Source: Pristiophorus japonicus (lineage: Eukaryota). From it: a stretch of DNA of 64,000 bases. The translations under genes and the position numbers were made by a program. The stretch lies in NCBI RefSeq assembly GCF_044704955.1, contig NC_091984.1:145700001-145764000 (forward strand), given 5' to 3'. Under the pieces are notes generated by a model, which was not told where the DNA came from, searched no databases, and was given only the letters and a program-made list of their open reading frames with translations. The first letter of the stretch is position 1; each line of letters opens with the position of its first letter. This document shows positions 12,151 through 25,037 of the stretch, piece after piece.

Positions 12151-13119
12151 TTGCCTTCTCCTCCTTCTTAAGCAGTCCTTCGGTGTTGAGGATGACTTGC
12201 TTCCACAATAATATGTGTTCTCAGGTGACTGATGAGTCCAGTGTGGGACCAACAGTCTTTGTCACAAGTGGGGCAGATGGTGGTTAAAGGGATGGGTGGG
12301 GCGGGTGCTTGGGTTGTCATGCACTCCTTCTGCTGTTAGCGCTTGGCTTCCGTTTGCTCCCAGCGAAGAAACTCGAGGTGTTCGGTGCCTTCCCGAATGT
12401 CTCCTCCACTTTGAGCAGTCTTGGGACCGAGATTTCCAAATGTCGGTGGGGATGTTACAACATTTCAAGGAGGCTTTGAGGGTGTCCTTGAAGCATATTT
12501 TCTGCTCACCTGGGGTTTGCTTGCCATGTTGGAGATCTGAGTAGAGTGCTTGTTTTGGGCGTCTAGTGTCAGGCATGCGGACGATGTGGCCCAACCATCG
12601 GAGCTGATTGAGCGTGGACAGTGCTTCGATGCTGGGGATGTTGACCTGAGTGAAAACACTAATGTCGATGCGCCTATCCTGCCAATGGATTTGCAGGATC
12701 TTGCGGAGGCAGCGTTGGTGGTACTTCTCCAGTGGTTTGAGGTGCTTGCTGTATATAGTCCATGTATCTGAAGCATATAGGAGAGCGGGATCACTACTGC
12801 CCTGTAGACCATGAGCTTGGTTCCGGCTATGAGGTCCTGGTCTTCAAACATTCCCTTCCTCAGGAGACCGAAGGCTGCACTGGCACATTGAAGGCGGTGT
12901 TAGACTTCATCATCGTCGTTTGCCCTTGTTGACAGTAGGTTCCCGAGGTATGGAACATGGTCCACATTGTCCAAAGCCTCATCATGGATTTCGATAATCG
13001 GGGAGCAGTACTGTATGGCGGGGGCAGGTTGGTAGAGGACCTTAATCTTACGGATGTTTAATGTAAGACCCATACTCTCGTACACTTCGGTGAAAGTGTT
13101 GCTGATGGCTTGAAGTTCA
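12151..13119 (-). mobile_element. RTE-clade LINE, 5'-truncated, inserted in CR1
   Basis: MGLTLNIRKIKVLYQPAP, TKLMVYRAVV, GHIVRMPDTRRPKQALYSDL..FKDTLKASLK; purine-rich tail; CR1 sequence resumes on both sides. Confidence 0.8.
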
Positions 13120-15589
13120 ACTATGATATAATTAATTAATCCAGTCTCATTACACAGTACCAGATCTAAAATAGCCTGATCCCTGATTGGTTCCACAATG
13201 CATTGTTCTAAAAAACCATCCCGAATACACTCGATGAATTCTTCTTCAAGGCTCCCTTTGCCAATTTGATTTGTCCAATCAATATGAAGATTGAAATCAC
13301 CGATGATTGTTGCTGTACCTTTCTTACAAGCCTCCATTAATTCTTGATTTATGCTTGGTGCTACAGTGTACTACTGTTAGGGAGCCTATAGACTACTCCC
13401 ACCAGTTACTTTTTCCCTTTAATTTTTTATCCCTACCCAAACTGACTCTACATCTTGATCTTCTGAGCCAATATCATTTCTCACTACTGCACTGATCTCA
13501 TCCTTTATTAACCCCACCTCCTTTTCCTTTCTGCTTATCCTTCCGAAATGGCAAATAACCCTGAATATTCAGTTCCCAGCTTTGGTCACCTTGCAACCAC
13601 GTCTCTGTAATGGCTATCAGATGTATCCCCATGTATTTCTATTTGTGCCGTCAACTCATCTATTTTGTTATGCATGCTGCATGCATTCAGATAAAGAGCT
13701 TTTAATTTTGTCTTTTTACCATTTTCCCTACTCTGATCCAACTTTCTGATGCACTTATGTTTATATGCTCTGTCCCTTCCTGTCAAGCTTTGGTTATCAT
13801 TCTCCCTTCAGGTATTTATCCAATTCCCTTTTGGAGGTTACTATTGAATCCGTTTCCACCACCCGATTGGGCAATGTTCCCGTTAAGCTGCGTGGCCATG
13901 GTCCGGTCTGGAGGTCCCGCCCAGGCTGCTTGCTGGCTTTTAAATGGAAAAACTGCGCATGCGAGATTATTTGGGCCGCAACCCAGAAAAATGTTAGCTG
14001 GAACATTGCTATCAGGCAGTGCTTTCCAAATCCCAACCACTCGGTGCGTAAAAAAAGTTTTCCCTCATATCGCCTCTGGTTCTTTTGCCAGTTAACTTAA
14101 ATCTGTGCCCTCTGGTTATCAACCCTTCCACCATTGCAAACAGTTTCTCTTTATTTACTTCATCGAAGCCCTTCATGTTTTAACCAATCTTCTCATAGCC
14201 TTCTCTGCTCTGAGGAGAACAACCCCAACTTCTCCAGTCTATCCCCGTAACTGTAATCCCTCATCCCTGGAACCATTGTAGTAAATCTCTTCTGTACCCT
14301 CTCCAATACCATCACTTCCTTCCTAAGGTGTGGTGCCCAGAATTGGACACAATACTCCAGCTGTGTCCATGTTGCTCCTGACCCCTTTATCCCATCAGCT
14401 TCAATTTTGTTAACTTGCCTAATATGTGGTACTTTATCAAATGTTTGAAAGTCCAAAAACACATTGTAAGAACATCAGAAATAGGAGCAGGAGTAGGCCA
14501 TACAGCCCCTCGAGCCTGCTCCGCCATTTAATACAATCATGGCTGATCCGATCATGGATTCAGCTCCACTTCTCTGCCCGTTCTCCATAACCCCTTATCC
14601 CCTTATCTTTTCAGAAACTGTCTATTTCTGTCTGAAATTTATTCAATGTCCCAGCTTCCACAGCTTTCTGAGGCAGTGAATTCCACAGATTTACAACCTT
14701 CTGAGAGAAAAAATTTCTCCTCATCTCAGTTTAAAATTGGCGGCCCCTTATTCTAATTCGCTCTCTCGTTCTAGTCTCCCCCATGAGTGGAAACATGCTC
14801 TCTGCATCCACCTTGTCGAGCCCCCTCATAACCTTGTACGTTTCGATAAGATCACCTCTCATTCTTTTGAATTTCAATGACTAGAGGCCCAACGTACTCA
14901 ACCTTTCCTCATAAATCAACTTCCTCATCTCTGGAATCAATCTAGTGAACCTTCTCTGAACTGCCTCCAAAGCAAGTATATCTTTTCGTAAATATGGAAA
15001 CCAAAACTGCACACAGTATTCCAGGCCTCACCAATACCCTGTAAAACTTTAGCAAGACTTCCCTGCTTTTGTACTCCATTGCCTTTGCATTAAAGGCCAA
15101 GATTCCATTGGCCTTCCTGATCACTTGCTGTACCTGCATACTATCATTTTGTGTTTCATGCATAAGTATCCCCAGGTCCCGCTGTATTGCAGCACTATGC
15201 AATCTTTCTCCATTTAAATAATAACTTGCTCTTTGATTTTTTTCAGCCAAAGTGCATGATCTCACATTTTCCAACATTATTCTTCATCTGCCAAATTTTT
15301 GCCCACTCACTTAGCCTGTCTATGTTCTTTTGCAGATTTCTGTGTCCTCCTCACACATTTCTTTTCCTCCCATCTTTGTATTGTCAGCAAACTGGCTATG
15401 TTACACTCAGTCCCTTCTTCCAAGTCGTTAATATGGATTGTAAATAGTTGGGGTCCCAGCACTGATCCCTGCGGCACCCCACTAGTTACTGATTGCCAAT
15501 CCGAGAATTAACCATTTATCCCAACCCTCTGTTTTTTTTTAGTTAGCCAATCCTCTAACCATGCTAATACATTACTTCCAACCCCGTGA
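13120..15589 (-). mobile_element. Antisense CR1 fragments (APE region 13120-13790; 3' regions 13800-14460 and 14466-15589)
   Basis: IIGDFNLHIDW, LYLNACSM, LEYCVQFW; CR1 tail at 14466. Confidence 0.85.
13872..14008. mobile_element. Short hAT-like MITE
   Basis: TIRs CAATGTTCC / GGAACATTG; degenerate 8-bp flanks CGATTGGG / CTATCAGG; interrupts CR1 sequence. Confidence 0.65.
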
Positions 15590-17070
15590 AACATAGAAAC
15601 ATAGAAACATAGAAAATAGGTGCAGGAGTAGGCCATTCGGCCCTTCGAGCCTGCACTGCCATTCAATAAGATCATGGCTGATCATTCCCTCAGTACCTCT
15701 TTTCTTCTTTCTCTCCATCCCCCTTGATCCCCTTAGCCGTAAGGGCCATATCTAACTCCATCTTGAATATATCCAATGAACTGGCATCAACAACTCTCTG
15801 CGGCAGGGAATTCCATAGATTAACAACTCTCTGAGTGAAGAAGTTTCTTCTCATCTCAGACCTAAATGGCCTACCCCTTATCCTAAGACTATGTCCCCTG
15901 ATTCTAGACTTCCCCAACATCGGGAACATTCTTCCCGCATCTAACCTGTCCAGTCCCGTTAGAATTTTATACGTTTCTATGAGATACCCTCTCATCCTTC
16001 TAAATTCCAGTGAATAAAGGCCTAGTTGATCCAGTCTCTCCTGATATGACAGTCCAGCCATCCTTGGAATCAGTTTGGTGAACCTTCGCTGCACTCCCTC
16101 AATAGCAAGAACGTCCTTCCTCAGATTAGGAGATCAAAACTGAACACAATATTTCAGGTGTGGCCTCACTAAGGACCTGTACAACTGCAGTAAGACCTCC
16201 CTGCTCCTATACTCAAATCCCCTAGCTATGAATGCCAACATACCATTTGCCTTCTTTACCGCCTGCTGTACCTACATGCCCACTTTCAGTGACTGATGAA
16301 CTATGACACCCAGGTCTCGTTGCACCTCCCCTTTTCTTAATCTGACGCCATTCCGGTAATATTCTGCCTTTGTGATTTTGCCCCCAAAATGGATAACCTC
16401 ACATTTATCCACATTATACTGCATCTGCCATGCATTTGTCCACTTACCTAACCTGTCCAAGTCACCCTGCAGCCTCTTAGCGTCTTCCTCACAGCTCACA
16501 CAACCACCCAGTTTAGTGTTATCCGCAAACTTGGAGATATTACACTCAATTTCTTCATCTAAATCGTTAATGCATATTGTAAAGAGCTGAGGTCCCAGCA
16601 CTGAACCCTGTGGCACTCCACTAGTCACTGCCTGCCATTCTGAAAAGGACCCGTTTATCCCGACGCTCTGCTTCCTGTCTGCCAACCAGTTCTCTATCCA
16701 CGTCAGTACATTATCCCCAATACCATGCCCTTTGATTTTGCACACCAATCTCTTGTGCGGAACCTTGTCAATAGCCTTTTGAATGTCCAAATACACCACA
16801 TCCACTGGTTCTCCCTTGTCCACTCTGCTAGTTACATCCGCAAAAAATTTCAGAAGATTTGTCAAGCATGATTTCCCTTTCACAAATCCATGCTGACTTG
16901 GTCTGATCCTGTCATTGCTTTCCAACTGCTTTGCTCTTTCATCCTTAATGATTGATTCCAACATTTACCCGACCACTGATGTCAGGCTAACCAGTCGATA
17001 ATTACCCGTTTTCTCTCTCCCTCCTTTTGTAAAAAGTGGTGTTACATTAGCTACCCTCCAGTCCATAGGA
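15590..17070 (-). mobile_element. CR1 LINE 3' part (RT to tail)
   Basis: ORFs 16272-16964 ([13 protein letters not shown]) and 15690-16094; (ACATAGAA)n tail at 15590. Confidence 0.92.
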
Positions 17071-17109
17071 ATCTTGTGCAGTAACCTTTTATGTGGCAGC
17101 TCATGGGCT

Positions 17110-18225
17110 CACATTAAAGCACATGGTATTGGGGGTAATGTAATGACGTGGATACAGAACTGGTTGGCAGACAGGAAGCAGAGAGTCGGGATTAACGGGT
17201 CCTTTTCAGAATGGCAGGCAGTGACTAGTAGAGTGCCGCAGGGCTCAGTGCTGGGACCCCAGCTCTTTACAATATATATTAATGATTTAGATGATGGAAT
17301 TGAGTGTAATATGTCCAAGTTTGCAGATGACACTAAACTGGGTGGCGGTATGTGCTGTGAGGAGGGCACTAAGAGTGATTTGGACAGGTTAGGCGAGTGG
17401 GCAAATACATGGCAGATGCAGTATAATGTGGATAAATGTGAGGTTATCCATTTTGGGGACAAAAACACAAAGGCAGAATATTATCTGAATGGTGGCAGAT
17501 TAGGAAAAGGGGAGGTGCAATGAGACCTGGGTGTCATGGTTCATCAGTCATTGACGGTTGGCAGGCAGGTACAGCAGGCGGTGAAGAAGGCAAATGGTAT
17601 GTTGGCCTTCATAGCAAGGGGATTTGAGTACAAGAGCAGGGAAGTCTTATTGCAGTTGTACAGGGCCTTGGTGAGGCCTCACCTGGAATATTGTGTTCAG
17701 TTTTGGTCTCCATATCTGAGGAAGGACGTTCTTGCTATTGAGGGAGTGCAGCGAAGGTTCACCAGACTGATTCCAGGGATGGCTGGACTGACATATGAGG
17801 AGAGATTGGATCAACTGAGCCTTTGTACACTGGAGTTTAGAAGGATGAGAGGGGAGCTCAGAGAAACATACAAGATTCTGACTGAACTGTACAGATTAGA
17901 TGCAGGAAAAGTGTTTCCACTGTTGGGGAAGTCCAGATCCAGGGAACACAGTCTTAGGATAAGGGGCAGGCCATTTCGGACGGAGGTGAGGAGAAACTTC
18001 TTCACTCAGAGAGTTGTTAACCTGTGGAATTCCCTGCCACAGAGAGTTGTTGTTCATTGGATATGTTCAAGAGGGAGTTAGATATGGCCCTTGCAACTAA
18101 AGGGATCAAGGGGTATGGAGAGAAAGCAGGAAAGGGGTACTGAAAAAATGATCAGCCATGTTCTTATTGAATGGTGGTGCGGGCTCGAAGGGCCTATTCC
18201 TGCACCTATTTTCAATGTTTCTATG
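17110..18225 (+). mobile_element. CR1 LINE 3' part (RT to tail)
   Basis: ORFs 17074-17523 and 17536-18081; TTTCTATGTTTCTAT tail. Confidence 0.92.
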
Positions 18226-18229
18226 TTTC

Positions 18230-18815
18230 TATCCTCATCCACCCTCTGTTACCTCATCAAAAAATGCAATCAAGTTAGTCACATGATTTGCCCGTAACCA
18301 CTAGGTGCTGCCTCTCCGTTATTGGTCCATGCTTATCCACATGGCTGCTCATTTTCTCGCGGATTATTGACCTTGAAGCTCCCTCACCATAATGTTAAAC
18401 TGACCGGCCTGTCATTGGCAGCTTTATCCCTCTCCCCTTTTTTGAACAAGGGTGTAATATTTACAATCCTCAGTCCCCTGGCCCCTGTATCTAATGAGGA
18501 TTGGACGATTGTGGTCCGCCACTCTGCACTTTCTACCTTTCCCTCAGTATCCGAGGATGGCTCCTGTCCGCACCGGGTCACTTATCCACTTTAATTATTT
18601 CCATCCTTTCCAGTACCTCCTCTTTATCTACTTTTATCATCCAGTATCCCAACAGCCTCCTCGTTTACTGTAGTTTGGACAAAGTCCCCTTCCTTGGTAA
18701 ACACTGGTGCACAGCGTCATTCAGTACCTCAGCGATACCTTCTGCCTCCACCAATCGATCTGTATTGTGCTCCCTAATCGGCCCCACTGCACCTCTGACA
18801 ACCCTTTTACTGTTA
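18230..18815 (-). mobile_element. Old, decayed CR1 fragment
   Basis: IVNITPLFKKGERDKAANDRPVSLT; GAVGPIRE..AEVLN. Confidence 0.7.
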
Positions 18816-18819
18816 ATAT

Positions 18820-21306
18820 GCCGATCGCCGTCCCGTCCTTTGTTCTCCAAAAGGAACGCTGAGGTGCTGCCCCAGGGTAGTGGCAGGGGCTACATGGAGC
18901 AAGAACATGTGTCTTCTCTCAGGCTGTGAGCATTCGTCCTGCCCCCACTCCCCTCCCTCCACTGCCACTCCCCCACTGCCACTCCCCCCACTCTCCCTCC
19001 CCCCACTGCCACTCCCCCCCACTCTCCCTCCCCCCACTCTCACTCCCCTCCCCCCGCTGTCACTCCCCCCTGACCCCACTTCCCTGCCCCCACTGCCACT
19101 CCCCCTCCTCTACTGCCACTCCCCCTCCCCCCACTGCCACTCCCCCCCACCACTGCCACTCCCCCCACTGCCACCTCCCCCTCCCCTGCCACCACTCCCC
19201 TCCCCCCACTGCCACTCCTCTCCCTCCACTCCCCCTCCCCCCACTGCCACTCCCCTCCCTCCACTGCCACTCCCCCACTGCCACTCCACCTCCCCCACTG
19301 CCACTGCCCCAACCCCCACAGCCACTCCCCTCCTCCCACTGCCACTCCCCTCCCCCCACTGCCACTCCCCCTCCCCCCACTGCGAACCCCCTCTCCCCAC
19401 TGCCACTCCACACCACCCACTGCCATTCCCCCACTGCCACTCCCCCTCCCCCACTGCCGCTGCCCCAACCCCCACTCCCATTCCCCTACCCCCACCACCA
19501 CTCCCCCTCCCCACACTGCCACACCCCCTCCCCCCACTGCCACTCCCCTCTCCCCACTGCTACTCCCCCTCCCCCCACTGCCACTCCCCCAGCCTCCACT
19601 GCCACTCCCCTCCCACACTGCCACAACCCCTCCCCCCACTGCCACTCCCGCAACTGCCACTCTCCCTTCCCCACTACCACACCCCTCCCCCACTTCCCCC
19701 ACTTCCCCCACTCCCCTACCCCCTCCCCCACTGCCACTCCCCCTCCCCCCATGTCACCCCCCCAACTTCCAACTCGCCTCCCCCTCCCCTCATGCCACTC
19801 CCCCTCCCCCCAATGCCACTCCCCCTCCCCCACTGCCACTCCCCCTACCTCCACTGCCCCTCCCCCACTGCCACTTCCCCTTCCCCCACTGCCCCTCCCA
19901 CTCCCCCCACTGCCACTCCCCCTCCCCCCACTGCCACTCACCCACTCCCCACTGCCCCTCCCCGGCCTGCCACTTCCCCTTCCCCCACTCCCCCTCCCTC
20001 CATGCCACTTCCACTCCCCCCACTGCCACTCCCCTCCCCCCACTGCCACACCCCCTCCCCCCACTGCCACTTCCGCTACTGCCACTCCCCCCTTCCCCAC
20101 TACCACACCCCTCCCCCACTTCCCCCACTCCCCTCCCCTCGCCTCATGCCGCTCCCCCTCCCCCCACTGTCCCTCCCCCCACTGCCACTCCCCCTACCCC
20201 CACTGCCACTCCCCCCACTGCCACTTCCCCTTCCCCCACTGCCCCTCCCCTTCCCCCCACTGCCACTCCCCCTCCCCCCACTGCCACTTCCCCTTCCGCC
20301 ACTCCCCCTCCCCCCAATGCCACTCCCTCCTCCCCCACTGCCACTCCCCCCTCCCCCACTGCCACTCCCCCTCCCCCCACTGCCTTTCCCCGCTCCCCCC
20401 ACTGCCACTCCACTGCCGCCCCAGGCCGAGATCGGGCAGTCTACAGCCGGGCCATCTAGGCCCAGAGCTGCTCGAGATGGTCCAGCAAGGCCATCCGCAG
20501 CCTCCCCCACTGAAAGTCAGCAGCCTTCCACCATCCATGCTGCAGCCCCTGGGGTAGCACTGTACAGGAGCACTCACTGGGACAGCCAAAGATACACGCA
20601 AGGCATCCACTGAGGGTATTCACAACGGGGTTAGTTGAGTTTGTGATGTAATATTGGATGGATTGTTATATAACGTTGGGTTGGAATGTTTGTGTTGGGG
20701 GGCCTTTATTGTGGCTGTGGGGCCAAGTGCTGGGTGTGATGGTCAGTTAGAGAGGGACAGCAAAGTGTGGGACTATTGGTCAATGGGGAGTGGAGGTTGG
20801 GTTCACTGGTACCACACTCGGAGGATTCGATCACGGACAGCCCGGGCAGAAAGGGGCTGTCTGGGTCACTACTCCCTTCCACTTCATCCTCCTCTTCCTT
20901 TTCCTCCTCCCCAGCTGCTCACTGTACACCTGGTGACAAGGACAGTGCCCTCCTGATGGTCGAGGTTTTGGGGCACTCAGCGGGCCACGGCCAATCAGGA
21001 CACATGTTCTGGTGAGTACAGCAGCACTCCTCCAGAGCGGCCCAGGCCGTGGAAGCATTGTTTCAGGACACCAATATTCTGCTCCATCAGATTGTGTGTG
21101 GCAGCATGCCTCTCATTGTCCTCATGCTGCCCACGTGTGGTTGGGTTGTGGAGCAGAGTCATGGAGCCCATGGTCAGTGGATAGCCCTTGTCGCCCAGTA
21201 GCCAGCCTCTGGTTTGTCTCGGTGGCTCAAAGACTGAGGGGGCAGCGGCCTGGTGCAGAATAAAAGCATTGTGACTGCTGCCAGGATACCGGGCATTCAG
21301 CATCAT
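18820..21306. mobile_element. Internal Harbinger remnant: transposase 3' half (-) convergent with a probable accessory (Myb/SANT) ORF 3' end (+)
   Basis: 20995-21306(-) NARYPGSSHNAFIL..GWLLGDKGYPL..IGVLKQCF. The + strand low-complexity ORF end AGPSRPRAAR..* at 20613 is assigned as accessory by position only. Confidence 0.72.
18942..20420. repeat. C-rich minisatellite, core CCACTGCCACTCCCCCTCCCC
   Basis: Directly visible ~1.5 kb array with extreme C/G strand skew. Confidence 0.95.
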
Positions 21307-21645
21307 GATACGGATAGAATGGACCCATTTCCCTCAGCAGAGGGGTCAACAACCAGGGGGCATAGATTTAAAGTAATTGGTGGAAGGTTTAGAGGAGAGA
21401 TCAGGAAACAATTCTTCACCCAGAGGGTGGTGGGGGTCTGGAACTCACTGCCTGAAAGGGTGGGAGAGGCAGAAACCCTCACCACATTTAAAAAGTACTT
21501 GGAAATGCCCTTAAAGCGCCGTAACCCACAGGGCTACGGACCCAGAGCTGGAAAGTAGGATAAGGCTGGGTGGCTCTTTGTTGGCCAGTGCGGACATGAT
21601 GGGTCGAAATGGCCTCCTTCCGTGCTGTAATTTTCTGTGATTCTA
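21307..21645 (+). mobile_element. CR1 3' end
   Basis: TRGHRFKV..FFTQRVVGVWNSLPE; tail TTCTGTGATTCTATG. Confidence 0.85.
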
Positions 21646-21753
21646 TGATCGTGCTGGTGGTGTTGACCACTTTAAAAGTCGCAGCATACATTTTATTGAA
21701 GCTATTTCCGTCCCCGGTTTCCCCGCTGCCAATAATTGGATCAATCGATGTTG

Positions 21754-21769
21754 TAGCGCCCCCTTGTGG
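21754..21769 (-). promoter_or_regulatory. Candidate CTCF site
   Basis: Minus strand CCACAAGGGGGCGCTA vs consensus CCACCAGGGGGCGCTA; lies in a short non-repeat island. Confidence 0.6.
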
Positions 21770-21929
21770 TACATCTATATGGGCTCCACACAAACCCCTG
21801 CTTTCAATCCTTGAACCCACATTGCCTACGCTAGCTGGAGCCCCGCTCCTTAGTCACTGCATCTCACAACACAGAGGGAGGCCATTTGTCCCGTCAAACC
21901 TGTGCTGGCTCTTTGAAAGAGCTATGAAC

Positions 21930-22083
21930 TACTATGGCCTGGACCAATGATCCAGAGACACGAGTTCAAATCCCACCATGGCAGCTGGGGAATTTAAATT
22001 CAGTTCATTAAATAAATCTGGAATAAAAAGCTAGCGTCAGTAATGGTGACCATGAAACTGCCGGATTGTCGTAAAAACCCATC
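21930..22083 (+). mobile_element. tRNA-derived SINE 5' fragment
   Basis: B box GAGTTCAAATCC followed by CACCATGGCAGCTGGGGAATTTAAATTC..GTAAAAACCCATCT. Confidence 0.6.
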
Positions 22084-24930
22084 TACCTGGCCTGCTACCT
22101 TCAGGGATCTGTGGACATGCAAACCAAGGTCCCTTTGTTCCTCTACACCTTTCAGTGTCCTGCCATTTAATGTGTATTCCCTTGCCTCGTTAGCCCAAAT
22201 GCATGATCTCACACTTCTCCGGATTAAATTCCATTTGCCATTGTTCTGCCCACCTGAACATTTCATTGATATATTCCTGCAGTCTACAGCTTTCTTCTTC
22301 ATTATCAACCACACGGCCGATTTTACTATCATCGAACAAAATTCTTAATCATACCCCCTCCATTCAAGTCTAAATCCTCGATATACACCACAAAAAGCAA
22401 TGGACCTTGTACTGAGCCCTGCGGAATTCCAGGGGAAACAGCCTTCCAGTCACAAAAACACCCATCAACCATTACACTTTGCTTCCTGCCTCTGAGACAA
22501 TTTTGGATCTAACTTGCCACTTTGCCCTGGATCCCATGGGCTTTTACTTTCGATACCAGTCTGAAAAGTGGGACCTTCTCAAAAGTCTTGCTAAAATCCA
22601 TATACACTACATCAAACGCACAGCCCTCATCGACCCTCCACACACAGATTACCTTTATGGTCTCAAATAGGCCAATCTCTTTCTTTAATTATCCTCCTGC
22701 TCTTAATGTATTTATAAAACATCTTTGTGTTTTCCTTGATTTTACTTGCCAAAATGTTTTCATGCTCTCTCTTTGCTTTCCTAATTTCCTTTCCAATTGC
22801 ACCCCTGCACTTTCTATACTCCTCTAAAGTTCCTGCAGTATTGAGCCCTCGGTATCTGTCACAAGCCTCCCTTTTTTACTTTATCCTACACTGTATTTCA
22901 CTTGACATCCAGGGGCCTCTAGATTTGTTAGTCCCACCCTTTTTCTTTAAGGGAACAGACTTACTCTGAAACCACAGGATTTCCTCCTTGAATGCCTCCC
23001 ACTGCTCAGATATTGATTTACCTTCAAGTAGCCGTTTCCAGTACACTTTGGCCAAATCTCATCTCAGCTCAGCAAAATTGGCTTTTCCCCAACTGAGAAC
23101 TTTTATTCCTGGTCTATCTTTGTCCTTTTCCATAACTACCTTAAATCTAACTGAATTATGATCACTAGCACCAAAATGCTCTCCCACTGATACCCCTTCC
23201 ACCTGCCCCTTTTCATTCCCCAAAACCAAGTCCAGAACCGTCCCCTCCCTTGTCGGGCTTGATACATACTGGCTAAAAAAGTTCTCCTAAATGCATTTTA
23301 AGGAATTCCGCACCCTCTATACCTTTCACACTAATTTTAATATTAGGGTAGTTGAAATCCCCTACTCTTACTGCCTTATAGTTTTTGCAATTGTCAGAAA
23401 TGTGCCCACATATTTGCTCTTCTCTCTCCCTCTGACTGTTTGGGGGTCTATAGTACACTCCCAGCAGTGTGATTACTCCTTTTTTGTTCTTCAATTCGAC
23501 CTATATGGCCTCATTTGATGATCCTTCCGACATATCATCCCTCCTCACAGCTGTAATTGTTTCTTTCAATTGTTTCACAACTGCGACCCCCTCCTTTTGA
23601 TCCCCCTCTCTATCCCGTCTGAAAACCCTTAACCAGGAATGTTGAGCTGCCATACCTGCCCTTCCTTCAGCCATGTCTCTGTAATAGCTATAATATCGTA
23701 CTCCCAAATGTCTATCTGTGCTCTCAGCTCATCTGCCTTATTCCCTATACTCCTTGCAATGAAGTATATACCATTTAGCACTGCCAAACTACCTTGTTGT
23801 CTATTTTCTAGGTTTGTTTCCTCTGTCTTCCAAATTCACTTTCTGCTTTTCTGCTTTCCAATTCCAGCTTTGCTTCTCTCCCAACTGTATCTATTCTCCG
23901 TGACCCATCCCCTGCCAAGTTAGTTTAAACCCTCCCCAACAGCACTAGCAAAGCCCCCGCGAGGATATTGGTCCCAGCTCCGTTGAGGTGCAACCCGTCC
24001 GGCTTGTATAGGTCCCACCTCCCATAGAAACAGTCCCAATGCCTCAGGAAACTAAAGCCCTCCCTCCTGCATCATCTCTCCAGCCACGCATTCATCTGCT
24101 CTATCCTCCTATTTCTGTACTCACTAGCACGTGGCACCGGGAGTAATCCGGAGATTACTACCTTTGAGGTCTTGCTTTTTAATCTCTCTCCAAGCTCCCA
24201 AAACACTGCCTGTAGGACCTCATCCCTCTTTCTACCTATGTCATTGGTACCGATATGGACCACAACCTCTGGCTGTTCACCCTCCCCCTCAGAATGTACT
24301 GCAGCCACTCAGTGACATACTTGACCCTGGCACCAGGCAGGCAACATACCATCCTGGAGTCACGTCTGCGGTCGCAGAAATGCCTGTCTGTTCCCCTAAC
24401 TATCGAATCCCCTACCACTATTGCTCTTCCACTCTTCTTCCTCCCCCCTGTGCAGCTGAGCCACCCGTGGTGCCGTGGACTTGGCTCTGGCTGCACTTCC
24501 TAGAGGCATAATCGCCCCCACCAGTACTCAGAACACAATACTGGTTGGAGAGCGAGATGGACTCAGGGGTCTCCTGCACTACCTGCCTGGACCTCCTCTT
24601 CTGTCTGGTGGTCACCCATTCCCTCTCTGCCTGCACACTCTTAAGCTGCGGGGTGGCCACCTCTAGAAACGTGCTATCCACGAAGTTCTCAGCCTCGCGG
24701 ATGCACCGCAGTGACTCCAGCCGCCGCTCAATCTCCGAAATGCGGAGCTCGAGTTGCTGTAACTGGTGACACTTCCTGCACATGTGGTCGTCAAGGCCAC
24801 GAGAAGTGTCCAGGACTTCCCACATGCCACAGGATGTGCTCTCCACGGGACAGAACTGCCCTGCCATGCCTCTATTTAAAAGACTGAGAACTAACTTCGC
24901 AGAAATAAACTTAAAACGAAAAAAAATCAA
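22084..24930 (-). mobile_element. Decayed CR1 LINE with ORF1, APE and an internally deleted RT
   Basis: MAGQFCPVE..CRKCHQL, GDSIVRG, HIGTNDIG, GVYYRPP; deletion junction at ~22637. Confidence 0.9.
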
Positions 24931-25037
24931 ATAACGACCTGGCTCTCATCATTCAGGCCATAATTTCGGGATTTGTTCACCCCACTGAGGACAAACACCG
25001 TCGATGGGCCATTAATGGGCCTTAAGTTTTCAGCTCA

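Noticed and set aside
18880-20613. 577/543-aa Pro-rich and Gly-rich ORFs (also 39765-41489)
   Set aside because: The minisatellite lacks stop codons in nearly all frames, and the frame linking the flanks differs between the two copies
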